From: Podospora anserina
Taxonomy: Eukaryota
Assembly (NCBI GenBank): GCA_017654855.1
Contig: CM030334.1
Coordinates: 558,001 to 622,000, forward strand
DNA length: 64,000 nt
Reading direction: 5' to 3'
Shown here: positions 1 to 11,857 of the stretch, in pieces
Numbering within the stretch: the stretch's first letter is position 1
Layout of the letters: each line of letters begins with the position of its first letter
Notes under the pieces: generated by a model
Databases searched by the model: none
What the model saw: only the letters and a program-made list of their open reading frames with translations
What the model was told of the DNA's origin: nothing
Position numbers and translations under genes: made by a program

Positions 1-2
1 GC

Positions 3-1004
3 CACACAGGTCACCATCATGGCGGCGGCGGCAACCACTACTCCCGTCTCAAACCAGTCGAGCTCGACCCCCTCTCAGAATACGGCCTCCCCTCTAAAGG
101 CGAAAAGAGACTACTCTCTCCCAAAGTCCAAGAGTCCTACTACTCCAAAATAGCAGAACGCTACCTCGCCTTCTGCACCGAAGCCGGCGACAAAGACAAC
201 CTCCAAAAACAATTCGCCCGCCTCGCCGTCGCGGACACCACCCCCTCTTCCTCCGCCAGCTCCCCAGTCATCTCCGTTCCCCCATCCCCCTTAACCTCCG
301 CCCCTCCCACCGCATTACCGCTCCCAACCCCCACCTCCCTGCCCACCGGCAGCTTCCCCGACATCACCTTCATCGCCACCGACAACAGCAAAGAACAAGA
401 CCAATCCGGCTCCCTCCCCTCCATCCTCTCCGCCCTCCGCAAGCTCCGCGAGGCCCTCGTCGCCACCCAGCGCCGAGACCCCTTCACAATCCAAGTCTAT
501 CTCTTCGCCATCCGCCTCGGCATCCTCGCCAAGTCCTTCGAGTCGTACTACCCGGCTCTGCTCTACCTCCTCCGCTCTGTCCACCCCTTCTCCAACCTCA
601 CCTCTGTCGAGCTGGCCGAGTGCGTGTCCTATCTCGTTCTCGACACCGCCTGCAGAAGGCAAGACCTCGCCGGGGCGTTTAAGCTGCGGAAGGAGTACAA
701 GTTGAAGGACAAAAAGGTGGACGCGGTGCTCAAGGCGCTGGTGGGGGACAACTATGTGCTTTGGAGGAGGGTCAAGAGGGGGGTGGATGGGTACCGGGTG
801 AAGCTGATGGAGTTTGCCGACGGGGATGTCAAGAGGCGGACGTTGATGGCGATGGGGAGGGCGTATTTGAGCTTGCCGAGGGAGTTTTTGGAGGGCCAGA
901 TGGAGGAGAGCTGGGAGGGGCTGAGGAGCAAGTATGGGGTTGGGTGGGAGCTCGGCGGGGAGAAGGGGGAGAAGGTGGTTATACGGAAGGTTGGGAGGGG
1001 ATGA
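3..1004 (+). CDS. 5'-truncated conserved fungal protein, probable PCI/CSN8-PSMD8-eIF3K (SAC3/GANP-like) domain
   Basis: Frame 3 is open from the window edge (HTGHHHGGGGNHYSRLKPVELDPLSEYGLPSKGEKRLL...) through LRKLREALVATQRRDPFTIQVYLFAIRLGILAKSFESYYPALLYLL into ORF 624..1004. The family call is from recognition of the helical motifs. Confidence 0.7.
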   Translation, partial: HTGHHHGGGGNHYSRLKPVELDPLSEYGLPSKGEKRLLSPKVQESYYSKIAERYLAFCTEAGDKDNLQKQFARLAVADTTPSSSASSPVISVPPSPLTSAPPTALPLPTPTSLPTGSFPDITFIATDNSKEQDQSGSLPSILSALRKLREALVATQRRDPFTIQVYLFAIRLGILAKSFESYYPALLYLLRSVHPFSNLTSVELAECVSYLVLDTACRRQDLAGAFKLRKEYKLKDKKVDAVLKALVGDNYVLWRRVKRGVDGYRVKLMEFADGDVKRRTLMAMGRAYLSLPREFLEGQMEESWEGLRSKYGVGWELGGEKGEKVVIRKVGRG

Positions 1005-1643
1005 GGGATAGGGGGTTATATATGGGAAGAATGGCATAAGATATCGGTGTTGGGATAGGATATGGTTTCAACATGTTTGGCTGGGACGAGGAACGACCAT
1101 TGGTATACTATACTACTCATGATGTGGCACGGCATGGCGAGCGTCAAGGGATAGAAAATGGTGGCTTTGGCAGTGAAGTACAGATTAGGGATATGGGATT
1201 ATGACATGATTAATGATAATACCGCGCCTGGCTTAAAGGTCATCGTTTTTCTTGATTGACTTCCAATCGAGGGAGTTTACAGAATCGTTTGGCAGCATCT
1301 TCCAACTATTAGAGAACGACACTGACATGCTTGGTTGGAATATATACATTTCAAGCCACGAGCGGTCTCAAAAGTAACGCGGGCCATCGTTAGCCCCATG
1401 CTATACGGAGAAAAAAGCCAGTACAAAACGTCCATGGCCCCGGCTCTCCACCATATTGTTACACTGCGCATGCGGCTACAACAAGCCAAGAAAGTAAATT
1501 ATCAAATTGGGTATTTTCAACTTCCGCAAAACATCAAGCAACGCCGTCCCTCACGCCCCGAGCTTCATTTACTGTCCACCCAGCTCCCCCTTATCACAGC
1601 GATGCCCTAGGCCAAGCTCAAACGTCCTCCCACTCGTTCAGAT

Positions 1644-2372
1644 TTAGAGGAGAGCAAAGGCAGCAGCAAGACCACCAATGGCACCCAAGCCGGCGGCGAC
1701 GGTGGGACGGGGGCCGAAGTTGGTGCTGGTGCTGGTGCTGGTGCTAGAGGCATCCTGAGCATCAGCGTCGGTCTCGGTCTCGGTGGCGGACGACTCCTCA
1801 GGGGCATCAGTCTCGGTGGTGCTGGGAGCATCGGTGGCCTCGGTGGTAGCGGTACCGGCGGGGGTGGTCACGGCGGTGTCAGTGTTGGCAGCGGTAGTGG
1901 CACGAGTCGAGGTCCTAACGGGAGTGGTGGCCGAGGGGCTGACAGTAGCGCAGGTCACAGCGGTGGGGAGATCATTGACACCGAAGGCCTTGCAGAGCTG
2001 TTGTGTCGAATGTTAGCCATCTGAACACGGATATGGATATTGCGCAAAGCAAGAACATACCGTCGCAGCAACGGAAACAGCGGTCTTCTGGTCCGCCTCA
2101 TTGCAGACGTCGACGAGGCAGCAGGCGATGCTGTCGAGGAAGGTGCTGTTCTTGCAGATGCACTCGGGGTCGCTACCACAGTTGCCAATCCCACCACGGA
2201 GGTACTGGGTGGCACAATCACGCTGTCAAGAAACTTTTAGTCAGTTTACCATGTCTCTCCTGGAGAGCTTTTGGGGCGTCGAACATACAGCGCATTCGGG
2301 AAGATCAGCCAAGCCCTGGGCGGCGACGCTGGTGGCGAGAGCCAAGGAGACCAGAGCAGCAGAGTACTTCAT
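1644..2372 (-). CDS. GPI-anchored CFEM-domain cell-surface protein (3 exons: 2372-2289, 2222-2061, 1997-1644)
   Basis: Signal peptide MKYSAALVSLALATSVAA. Cys-rich CFEM pattern LPECA-RDC...NCGSDPECICKN...IACCLVDVCNEADQ...LCKAFGV. Ser/Thr-rich stalk and a hydrophobic C-terminal GPI signal (GLGAIGGLAAAFALL). Two GTATGT...AG introns keep the frame. Confidence 0.92.
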
Positions 2373-4058
2373 GGTGACGATAGGGTTAATGGATGAGGTA
2401 TTAGAAGATGTAGGGTATCACGAAGAGATGATTGCTGGTATATGGTAAACGAGAGACAGAAACTGCGAGATGCAAGATGCGAGATAGAAGACCAGAACCG
2501 AGCACGCAGGAGAGAACTCGTGGTTGTTTAAATAATATAATACCCACTGGATTTGGTCGCATATTCACCCGGGATTGGGGATCTTGGCCGCCTTCTTGGG
2601 AAGGGGAAGAGGCCAATGGGCTGCCTTCTCCGAGACAAGGGTGGCCAAATCTCCAGCGAATCCCCAGCAGCGACTCCTGCAATTTCACGGCCAGCTTGTG
2701 CCCGCAAGCAGCCATCATTGACCAACCGAACACCAGACACCGGGTTTTGTTCATGAGAGATATATTTACTGAGGAATTTTTTTTTAATCTTTTTTTGCCT
2801 CGCCATGTCTCTTCTTTGTGACTACATGGTGAACATGAGAGCTGCAGGCAACGTGTAACATATGACCGTCAACCTGGATGGGATGCGAACATCCCTACAT
2901 CGAAGTGGGTATCTTCCATGCAGTTCGCATGGCGCTTCTTCGATGCGGTTACTTCCGCGCCCCTGTCCAAGACTCCCGTCCCGTCGACTTGCACTTACAC
3001 CACAGCCTCCACATGTTGTGGTGCCAAATGCGAGAAGCCCGTTTGTAAGACCACAGCCCAGCTACGTACAGCTAACAGCCAACGTACCTTAGCTACCAGC
3101 GTTTGTATAAGTTGGGACCGTTGGTTATTGAAACTCAAGTCATTTCTATACTGGTATATGCGGCCTTGTCAGGTGGAGTTAGCGCCCCTAGACGACAAGC
3201 TGCTGGAAACAGACCGCAACGATCTGCGTGAAGATCGGAATAGGGGATCCCTAGCATAGATTGTCAGCTGTCACTTTGAGGCCTCTTCCTGTCACAACGT
3301 CAACAAAAGCGTCCGAACTTTCCCCGTCTGACAACAGAGACTGGTCATACCTCTATTGACAGTCTACCTTCACGCTAGAGTCGCCAGGGGAAAGGATAGG
3401 GTCTCCGCAAAAAGCCAACGACTGGCAAACAGAGAACTTTGCTGCCAGGCGAAATCCATCTCAGCAACGATTTTCTCGCGCCACAGACCGCTCTTCTGAC
3501 CCCGCCAATCTGACCTTGAACCAGTCCCAGTTGTCCCACAGGCACAGAGACAGGTGTGGTGAGGGAGTGAAACTGCGCTTTCTCGGTGCCATTGAATCAA
3601 CTCGTGGATGATCGTCGGGCTCTCGTCCAACCCCGCGCCCGAGATGTCGATTTGGAGATTGGTGGCTCCCCGTCGCCGGGACTCTTGTGACACCTCAGAG
3701 CACTCATTGGTCCGACGGGAGACACTGGGCTGAAAGCACAGAGAGCTCAGATCCCTGTCGGTGCTGATGCTTGGCAACAAAAAGACAAGACCCAGAAACG
3801 GAACGGGCGACCGTTCGCTGTGCAAAGTGCTGAGCCGCCGCCGTGCTGCAAACATCCGATTTGTGAGCCGTGACTGGATGCATCGACTTGATTGCGCCGC
3901 AAGCACAAGTCTTTCTTTGCCTACATCTACAACGACGACTCCCAAAGGCTCCACCGACTGGACTTTTTCCTCCATCCAACCTACTTCTTGTGCTGAACGA
4001 TGCTCTTCGCCTGACCCACCATATTATTCAGAACACCCGACACGACGGTGACGACAAG

Positions 4059-6056
4059 ATGGGGCTGGGAGTGCTGGAAGATCGGGTGATGGAACATGTG
4101 CCTGGTACGGATACTTGACACAACTGAATCTCCATGACACCACTGGAGCCGTCGTGGCTGACAATTGTTCTTCCTCTGCTTTCAGGCACAACCAGATACT
4201 TTGACGACCCGGAACGACCGCAATTCTCTAGCGAGGGAGTCGAGGGCCTCAAGTGCGATACCAGCGGACAGATGCCCATCATTCTCGTCCCTCAGCCATC
4301 AGATGACCCTAACGACCCCTTGAACTGGCCGTTATGGAAGCGCGATCTCATCACCTTTATTCTCTCCGTGACGGCCATCTTTGCGACGTGTCTTGGTCCA
4401 ATTCTTGCCGCCAACACGCTGACCCTGACCGAAGATTTCTCGGTCAAATTCTCCAAGGTCGCCGAACTTACAGGATGGTATCTCTTCGGAGTCGGAATCG
4501 CCGCCTTCTTCTTCGTCCCCTCGGGTCGTCTGTGGGGAAAGCGTCATTTGTTTGTGGGCGGAACCATCCTGCTGATCATCACCTCGGCTTGGGGAGGCGC
4601 ATCGCGACACAACTATGCGAGCATGGCTGCTGCGAGAGTGTTTCAGGGTGTGGCCACAGCGCCGTTCGAGTCGCTTGTCAATGTTGCGGTGGGAGATCTG
4701 TACTGTGTGCATCAACGCGGCATTCGTATGGCCTTCACAAATCTGGCCGTCTTTGGTGGTGCCTTTTTCACCCCCATCCTGGTGGGCAAGATCACCCATG
4801 AGATTGGATGGCAGTGGACCTTTTACTTTGTCGCCATCTTCTGCGGCTTGTGCTTGCCGGCCGTATACTTCTTTTGCCCCGAAACCGCCTATCGGCGAGA
4901 CCAGTCTCTCAACACTGATATGCTGTCGTCCGATGGCCCAGGCGCCCAACAGTTCTTCGCGAACACTTTGAACGCCCCTAAGGAGCCTGAGAAAACGACG
5001 AAGAGAGACGCTCCGTCCACTCCTGATACATTGGTTGGTGATGACGCCAACCAGACTCAGGTAGGACTTAGCGAGATCCCCATCTCTTCGGCACCTGCAG
5101 CTCCAGCCACTTCATCGACAGCCGCACCCGTCCCAACAGCTCGAGCGTCAGTGGTTCCTCCGCCCAAGGCGACATTCAAAGACTCTCTTGCCATGTTCAA
5201 CGGCCGCAAAGCCGACGAGAATTTCGTGAAGCTGATGTTGCGGCCAATCGTTCTGTTTTTCCATCCGGCCTTTTTCTGGGCATGCTTGATTCAGGGGTTG
5301 ATGATTGGCTGGACAGTCTTCATTGGTGTCATTCTTGCTCAGTTCTTCATCGGCCCTCCTCTCTGGTGGGGCGAGGTTGAGACAGGATATGCATACACAG
5401 CGGCGTTTGTTGGCGCTATTGTCGGCTTCCTCATCGCTGGTCTCTTGTCCGACTGGAGTGCCCGTTTGATGACTAAGTGGAACAAGGGCATCTATGAGCC
5501 AGAATTCCGTCTGTTTCTCATCATTCCCATGATGATTTTTGGGTGCATTGGGCTGTACGGCTGGGGGCCTACCGCGGATGATCTTCTCTGGGACATTCCC
5601 CCTGCCATTCCGCTCATGTTCTTCGGTTTCCAGGTTGCTGGTATGGTTATTGGCGCAGTGGCCAGCTCGCTTTACATTGTGGATGCTTATCGTAAGTTTT
5701 GACGCCCTGTCTACTTGCGGTAATTCTGATTAACTTCTTCTATAGGCGACCTGGCTATCGAAGGCTTCACCATCATGATCGTCTTCAAGAACTTGCTCAG
5801 TTTTGGCCTCACCCTCAAGGCCTTCCAGTGGCTTGTCCTCAATCAGACCAAGGCTACTCCGTTGTTCAACATTATTGGTTCTGTGCAACTGGTTGTCTGC
5901 CTGTCCAGCATTCCGTTGTGTAAGTCTCAACTGGTGTCCTTTTTGTCTCTGTTGCTCGTGCTAATACCTATCCCCCCATCTGCAGACGTATTTGGTAAGC
6001 GCATGCGCAGCTTTTACCATCGCCACGACTGGTTGGCTTTCTGCAAGGTCAGGTAA
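4059..6056 (+). CDS. Major facilitator superfamily transporter (4 exons: 4059-4104, 4186-5691, 5746-5919, 5986-6056)
   Basis: PQPSDDPNDPLNWPLWKR, multiple TM helices, PETAY and YEPEFRL motifs typical of fungal DHA1/HOL1-like MFS proteins. Three GT-AG introns join the exons in frame. Confidence 0.9.
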
Positions 6057-6496
6057 ACCATAACTTTTTCCACGTAATGAAACGGACTATGAAGATTGGT
6101 TACTTTTTACCACCAATGAGTCCCATACATGATGTATTTAATCCAGCTTTTTATGACATGAAGCGGCTGCCGAAGAATGATGGAGGTACTTTGGTCACGT
6201 ATATACTTAATTAATCTTAATCATGGATTTTCTGTCCCATTCTTATCTGTGTCCTGGTTCGTGTTTCAACGCCAGCGCCTCTTGCCACGCTGCATACACC
6301 AAATTGAATGTCGTCTCGATGGAGTGGCATAATCCCACATTGTGACATTTGTCTGTTCCGGTTCAAGTCTGGTGATCACACGTTCCGAGACAGCAGTTGT
6401 GCAGTACACCGAGAAGAAAAGATCAAATCAAATCTTTGCCAAAAGATCGCTCTCGCTTTGTGCAATTGGAACACACCTCAAAATGATTCCAGAGCC

Positions 6497-7561
6497 CTAG
6501 ATCTTGGCCTTCTCCTTCCTCCCGCTCTTCAGATGCTTGCTAATCGTACCAGCGAGCAAAAAGTCAGGGTACTGCATGTCGTCGTCCACGCCCACCGCCG
6601 CGGCGCCTTGCCTCCTCCACCCCGCGCCGTCCACCACGAGGGTTGTCCCGTTGATATAGTTGCCCGCATCGCTAAAGACATACACAGTCGCATCGGCGAT
6701 GTCTCTCACCGACCCCCATCTACCAATCGGCACGCCCTTCGTCCTCGTCTTCGGGTCCAGCTTGGAAGAGGCCAGCCTTTCCATCCCTTCTGTTCCCTCA
6801 ATCGCACCGGGGGCGATGCTGTTGGCAGTCACGCCAAACGGGCCGTACTCGAGCGCGACCGAGCCCATGAGGGCGTCGATGGCGGCCTTGGCAGCAGAGA
6901 CGTGGGATTGGAGGGGCATTCCGGTGTAGTGGAACGTGGCGGAAGTAGAGACGAAGCGGCCGCCGGTGGTGCCGGCATCATTCGGATTGGGATTGCGAGC
7001 GGCAGACTCTACGAGGTAGGGCATCGTGGCCTTGATGGTGTTAAAGGTGCCAATCGTGTCGATGTCGATGACGGCTTTGAAGGCGTTGGGGGAGAGCCCG
7101 GCGATGGGGGCGATGAAGTTGCCTGCCGCGCCGGCGACGACATAGTCGATGCTGCCGAGCTCCTTTACGCAGCGGTCGGCGGCGGCTTTGAGGGAGTCGT
7201 ACTACGGTCGTGTCAGTGAAATGACTGATGGCGGTGAAAGTGTGGGTGAGAGCTTACACTCCGGACATCAACGTTGCCGATCCCGATGACTCGGGCGCCG
7301 TTCCGGACTTTGGCAATCTCCTTGGCGGCGTTTTCTGTCTTCTCAACGCTGCGGCCGATGATGCAGGCGTCGGCTCCGAGATGAACCATGGCGCGGGTCT
7401 GCGCGCTGCCGATGGAGCCTGCACCACCCGTGATGAATAGTACGCGGTTGGCTGTTAGACACTTGTGAGCTTGCATTTCTGATGTTGGGGAGGCGGATAA
7501 ACTTACCAAAGATGCCATCCTTCCAGACAGTGCTCAGGTACTCTGATCGGGGGACAGACAT
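6497..7561 (-). CDS. SPS19: Peroxisomal 2,4-dienoyl-CoA reductase, SDR family (exons 7561-7507, 7451-7258, 7201-6497)
   Basis: ITGGAGSIG nucleotide-binding motif, AGAAGNF, QSHVSAAKAAID, NSIAPGAIEGTEGMERL. C-terminal -AKI is a PTS1-type signal. Confidence 0.9.
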
Positions 7562-8768
7562 TATATAGAACGAAGTTTAAAGGAGGTTGTTTTAAGATGT
7601 CAAAGATCTTAGCAATATCAGACTCAGAGCAGAGAGATGAAATGGTGTCCAATGGGTATAAAGTGCTTGCAAAGCTTCAAGCGCTGTATTGCTTCAAAGT
7701 CACAAGGAATATTGGATATTTGAGAGCTGCAAGAGCTTCGAGCTCTCGTTTCTCTGCTTCATGTTATCCGGGGTCCATTGCGACGCTTCGTCTTACCTTT
7801 CTGGGTCGAACCTCGGCATCCTCCACTTTATTTGTGATCTTGGCTGGAGGAGCCCCACATGGCAGGGACAAGGGATCGGTGCTTGAAATCCGGGGAACTG
7901 GGTCAGCCTCAAGACTGCCCATCAGCTGAAGATATCAAGACCTCGACATCTGGCGATGAGACAATGAGCAGGTCCTCAACCAACAGTTGTGGATGCATAG
8001 AAAGACAGGAAAAATTCTAAAGTTCTGCAAAAGTCACAGGACAACAGCGGCAATCCAGTCCATCAGTTCTTTATAGTGCAGGGCCTTGAGCTTCAACATT
8101 AGAGATGCGTAGAACCCCCAACAAGACAAGAACAACAACCCGGCGATACAGTTGAGCCAGGAGTGGAAATGTAGAAATATATCTGTTGACGGGCAGGGTC
8201 AGGAGTCGCCGTCATTCAAACAGAGATTACAGGAATGGCGGCGTATCGTAACATGAAATTACACATGCATCTAAACCGTAGAGTACTCTGGCGGGGCGGA
8301 AAGGTTGCCAAAGCGGTGCACGCGCCCAGATCGTGTTGCATAGTCTGGTTAGCAGCCACAGCACGCGTCCGTTTGAACGTTAACCCCTCCCTCAATTTAC
8401 GCGAGTTGGGGAAGGCTTCAGTTGGCAGGTTCCTTACCACGCCTTAACACATCTCTCCAACCACACTCCCACCAATGGCAGACCAAAACAATGGGCAGAG
8501 AGCCGAAGGGAAATTTTGCAGAATCATCGCTCGATGTCAGGAGTAGCTAACTCGACTTTGCATCAATCAATCGAACCGTATTTCCCACCAGCCTTTGCCT
8601 GGCTTCCTCTTCCGTCCCATTGCAGATTGCACGCGCTCTCTACAAAGGAGACCACGACTGGCGACAGCTTTGTCAAAGACGAAGCCTTTCCATAACCACT
8701 CATTGTAACGCAGGAAGTCGAGACAAGTCATCAACGCCGGTTTCGGTCAAGCCGCTAGCGACAACAAC

Positions 8769-10096
8769 ATGGCGCGTCTGCCTTTCGAGCGCAGGGAATC
8801 GCAACCAAAACCTGTGTTGCCTATTGCCTCCGGGTCCGAGGACGACGACGATGACGACGCTCTCTCTCTATTCCGACACTCGAAGCAGGTTTTCCCCAAA
8901 GTTATTCGCGAAGCAGAAGAAGAAAGCCGCGATAGAAGCAACGAAAGGAAGCGCAAAAGCTCGCTGTCGGAAGAAGAGGGGAATGAAAGAGTTCGGAGGA
9001 GGTAGGTTACAAAGGTGCTCAACTCTTGATCCGCGGTGCTGATCATTTTCATAGGAGAACCTCTTCCCCGGGGCTGTCCTCAAGTCCGCCCAAGCAAATG
9101 GCAGGCCTGGCTGATTCGGATGACGATGACGACGACCTCATCATGGACGTCAGAGGCAAAGGGAAAGAAGTTGTGAGGCCGACCAAGATAGTCACTCCCG
9201 TCAAGCCGCGCCACGCAGCGGTGTCAGCAACTCCTGTTGTAATGATTGAAGACAGCGATAGTGATGACGCCCTGGACAAGAAGCCGGTCAAAGCTGACCT
9301 GGACAGCGACGATGATTCCGATATCCAGGAATTCAGTCCCTTCGAGAAACAAGAGTCGCCCGACAGCCACGACGACGAGCTGCAAGAAATGATACGCAAG
9401 CAGCGAGAGAAGCTCGGAAGGGTCAAGGAAGATCTCGTGGTGCATATCTATGTCGATTCTCCCATTCCGAACATGAAGCCGATTCTAGTCCGGCGAAAGG
9501 CAAAGCAAGACATGGCACCCATCATACCCACCTGGATCGCAAAACAACGGGAAATAGGCCTGGACATTTCCAGCGAAGAACTCAACCTTTTTGTGACCTG
9601 GAAGAACAACAAGATCTACACTCCGAACAGCGTTGCTTCGCTCAATCTCGACATAGATGAGGATGGCAATATCGTCTTTGGTGACGGGGAGGGCTACCGT
9701 ATGTTGAGACAGGGTCCAGCGCTCCATATGCAAGTTTGGGATGAGGATAATTACAAGGACTTCCAGCAGTGGAAGGACAAAGAAAGATCAGTCAGATACG
9801 GTCTCGTTGATTTGACCGAGGCAGATGATGCGGAGCCTGTTCCCGAGGAGCCAAAGAAGAAGGGGATCAAAGTGGTCCTCAAGGCCAAGGATCTCGAACC
9901 GCTTAAACTGTCCGTGCAAGAGGATACCACGGTGGGGACCATGATTGAGGCGTTCCGTCAGAAACGAGCAGTTGGTGACGCGTGGCAGGTTTCGATATGG
10001 CTTGAGGGAGATGAGCTGGAGGAGGATGCTTTAGTGAAGGATACTGACATTGATCCCGATGAGCCGAACCAGTTTGAGGTTCATATGAAGAAGTAG
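8769..10096 (+). CDS. Rad60/Esc2-like protein with C-terminal SUMO-like domain(s) (intron 9002-9054)
   Basis: Acidic N-terminus with SIM-like segments (VVMIEDSDSDD). C-terminal ubiquitin-like fold IKVVLKAKDLEPLKLSVQEDTTVGTMIEAFR...WLEGDELEED...FEVHMK. Confidence 0.72.
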
Positions 10097-10342
10097 AGGT
10101 GTACTGATAAATAACTTGGAAGCTTGCAGCACGTCATCCGACAATAGTCTGCTAGCGGGCAAATAGATACCCGTATTTCTCTTTAAATATGACATTTCAC
10201 ATGAATTCTCTCTCGATTGCTTTTCCGCGAAGCTGACACTATCATCAAAAACCATAGCTTTGTCGCCTTGCAACCGTACCAACTCCTAAACGCCTGTCCC
10301 AAGTGCCCGTTTCCCCGTATCCGCCGACCCTAAACAACAGTT

Positions 10343-11329
10343 CTAAAATCTCTCCTTCATTCTCCCAGCAATAATTCTCAGACTGTTGAAGGCCTTGCCC
10401 GGTTGTTGACCAAGCACCAATGAAACGATGCTAAAGCGAGCTGTTAGTCCGGCACGTTCTCGACTTGGCAGTTGGGAAAACAAAACGGGGGCCGCATACC
10501 TTTCGCGAGCCATGCCAATATTCTCAAACGCACCGAGAATATGCACCCTTGACCCAGCAAGCACCACGCGTGTCTTTGTGGCATTCTCAATCGCAAACTT
10601 CATCTTCCCGTCCTTGCCTGCAATACGACCGATAGCACGTCCGAGCGCGTCAGGCCCAAGCGTTTGCTTCACATCCTTGATATCGAATGACTGAATGTAG
10701 AGCGAATCGAGGCGGAGCAGGGCAATCGCATCGTCAATATCGAACCCCATGGCGAACGCCGAGATGAAGTCAGCGCCCATCTGGAGAGCCTCGTTGCTGA
10801 CGGTGGCCCTGTTGGATCGGAGCTCTACGCGCTTGTCCTTGATGTTCATGCGCACCTGGAGCTTGCAGTGGTCCACGAGCGGGGGATAAATCTGGACTGT
10901 GTATTAGCATCTCCCAGCCCCTCCCGTTGTAAATCTGGGGGTGTGTGTGACGCACCTTTGTCCAATTGCTCTTGAGAGCAGACATGCGATTTGGTGGAAT
11001 AGGGATCTTTCTTGTCTCTACACGACGGACAGGATCCTGAAAAAGGAGGACAAGCAGTCAGTTGACTATCCTTCGGTGCTTCGGCCAACGAGCGCTTGTT
11101 CGTCGCAACATACCACATCTTTCCCTGGCGCAAACCTCGGTCGTCCCTCCTCGTCGACCACCATCTCACTCTCCTCGCCATTTGGTGGGGGCGCGGCAGC
11201 AGCTGGGTCTGTCAGGCCGGTGGCATCTTGAATGTCGAGAATGAGCTCCTCCTCCTGCTCGGTCTGGATGGGAATGGCGGTGTTTTCGGAGGCCGCAGTC
11301 GACTGGAGGAGCGCTGTGGGCGCAGGCAT
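10343..11329 (-). CDS. PNO1: Pre-rRNA processing KH-domain protein Pno1/Dim2 (exons 11329-11114, 11036-10956, 10891-10500, 10430-10343)
   Basis: RKIPIPPNRMSALKSNW, GFDIDDAIALLRLD, RAIGRIAGKDGK (KH GxxG), ends RMKERF. Confidence 0.95.
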
Positions 11330-11857
11330 TTTGACGTTGATTCTGGTATGTGACTGTGGTCGCAAAAGACTGTGAGTGTGACGGCAACAAGGCTCGAGAA
11401 AAAACTTATCGTCGGTCGTTATCGCTGATGGATGGCTGTCGAGTTTGCAGAGGCCTGTCCGCCTTTTTTTTGAATGGTGGGGTTGAATTCTGTAGACTTT
11501 CGTGGACCCACCATTGGTATCTGGGGCTTATCGATTGGTTTTGGTCGATGCCAAGCAAGCGGCACACCCAGCAGCGATCCTTGTCCCACAGGCTGGGGCG
11601 CCGAGCTTAGCGTCATTCACTGACAAGGCTTTCAAGCGCGGCCGCGTTCCAAGGTTCCCGCTGCATTTCTTCACTTTTTGACTTCAACTCCAGAAAAAAA
11701 GTGGCCGGCGCTCCGGCACAATTGCAACTCCTCCTCGCCCTTTCCCCCCTTGTTTAAAGAGTCGACAAGGCCCTCTTTGGCCATGACTTGAGCTCTGCTG
11801 GCCCCGTCGAGCTCCTGCTGCCCCCCCCCCGCCTGTGTCTCAGCATGCCTTTCAACA

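Noticed and set aside
2918..3259. Cys-rich 113-aa ORF
   Set aside because: No signal peptide or recognisable cysteine pattern, and it lies in a divergent promoter region.
6308..7219. 303-aa plus-strand ORF
   Set aside because: Antisense shadow of the GC-rich SPS19 exon, with no protein-like features.
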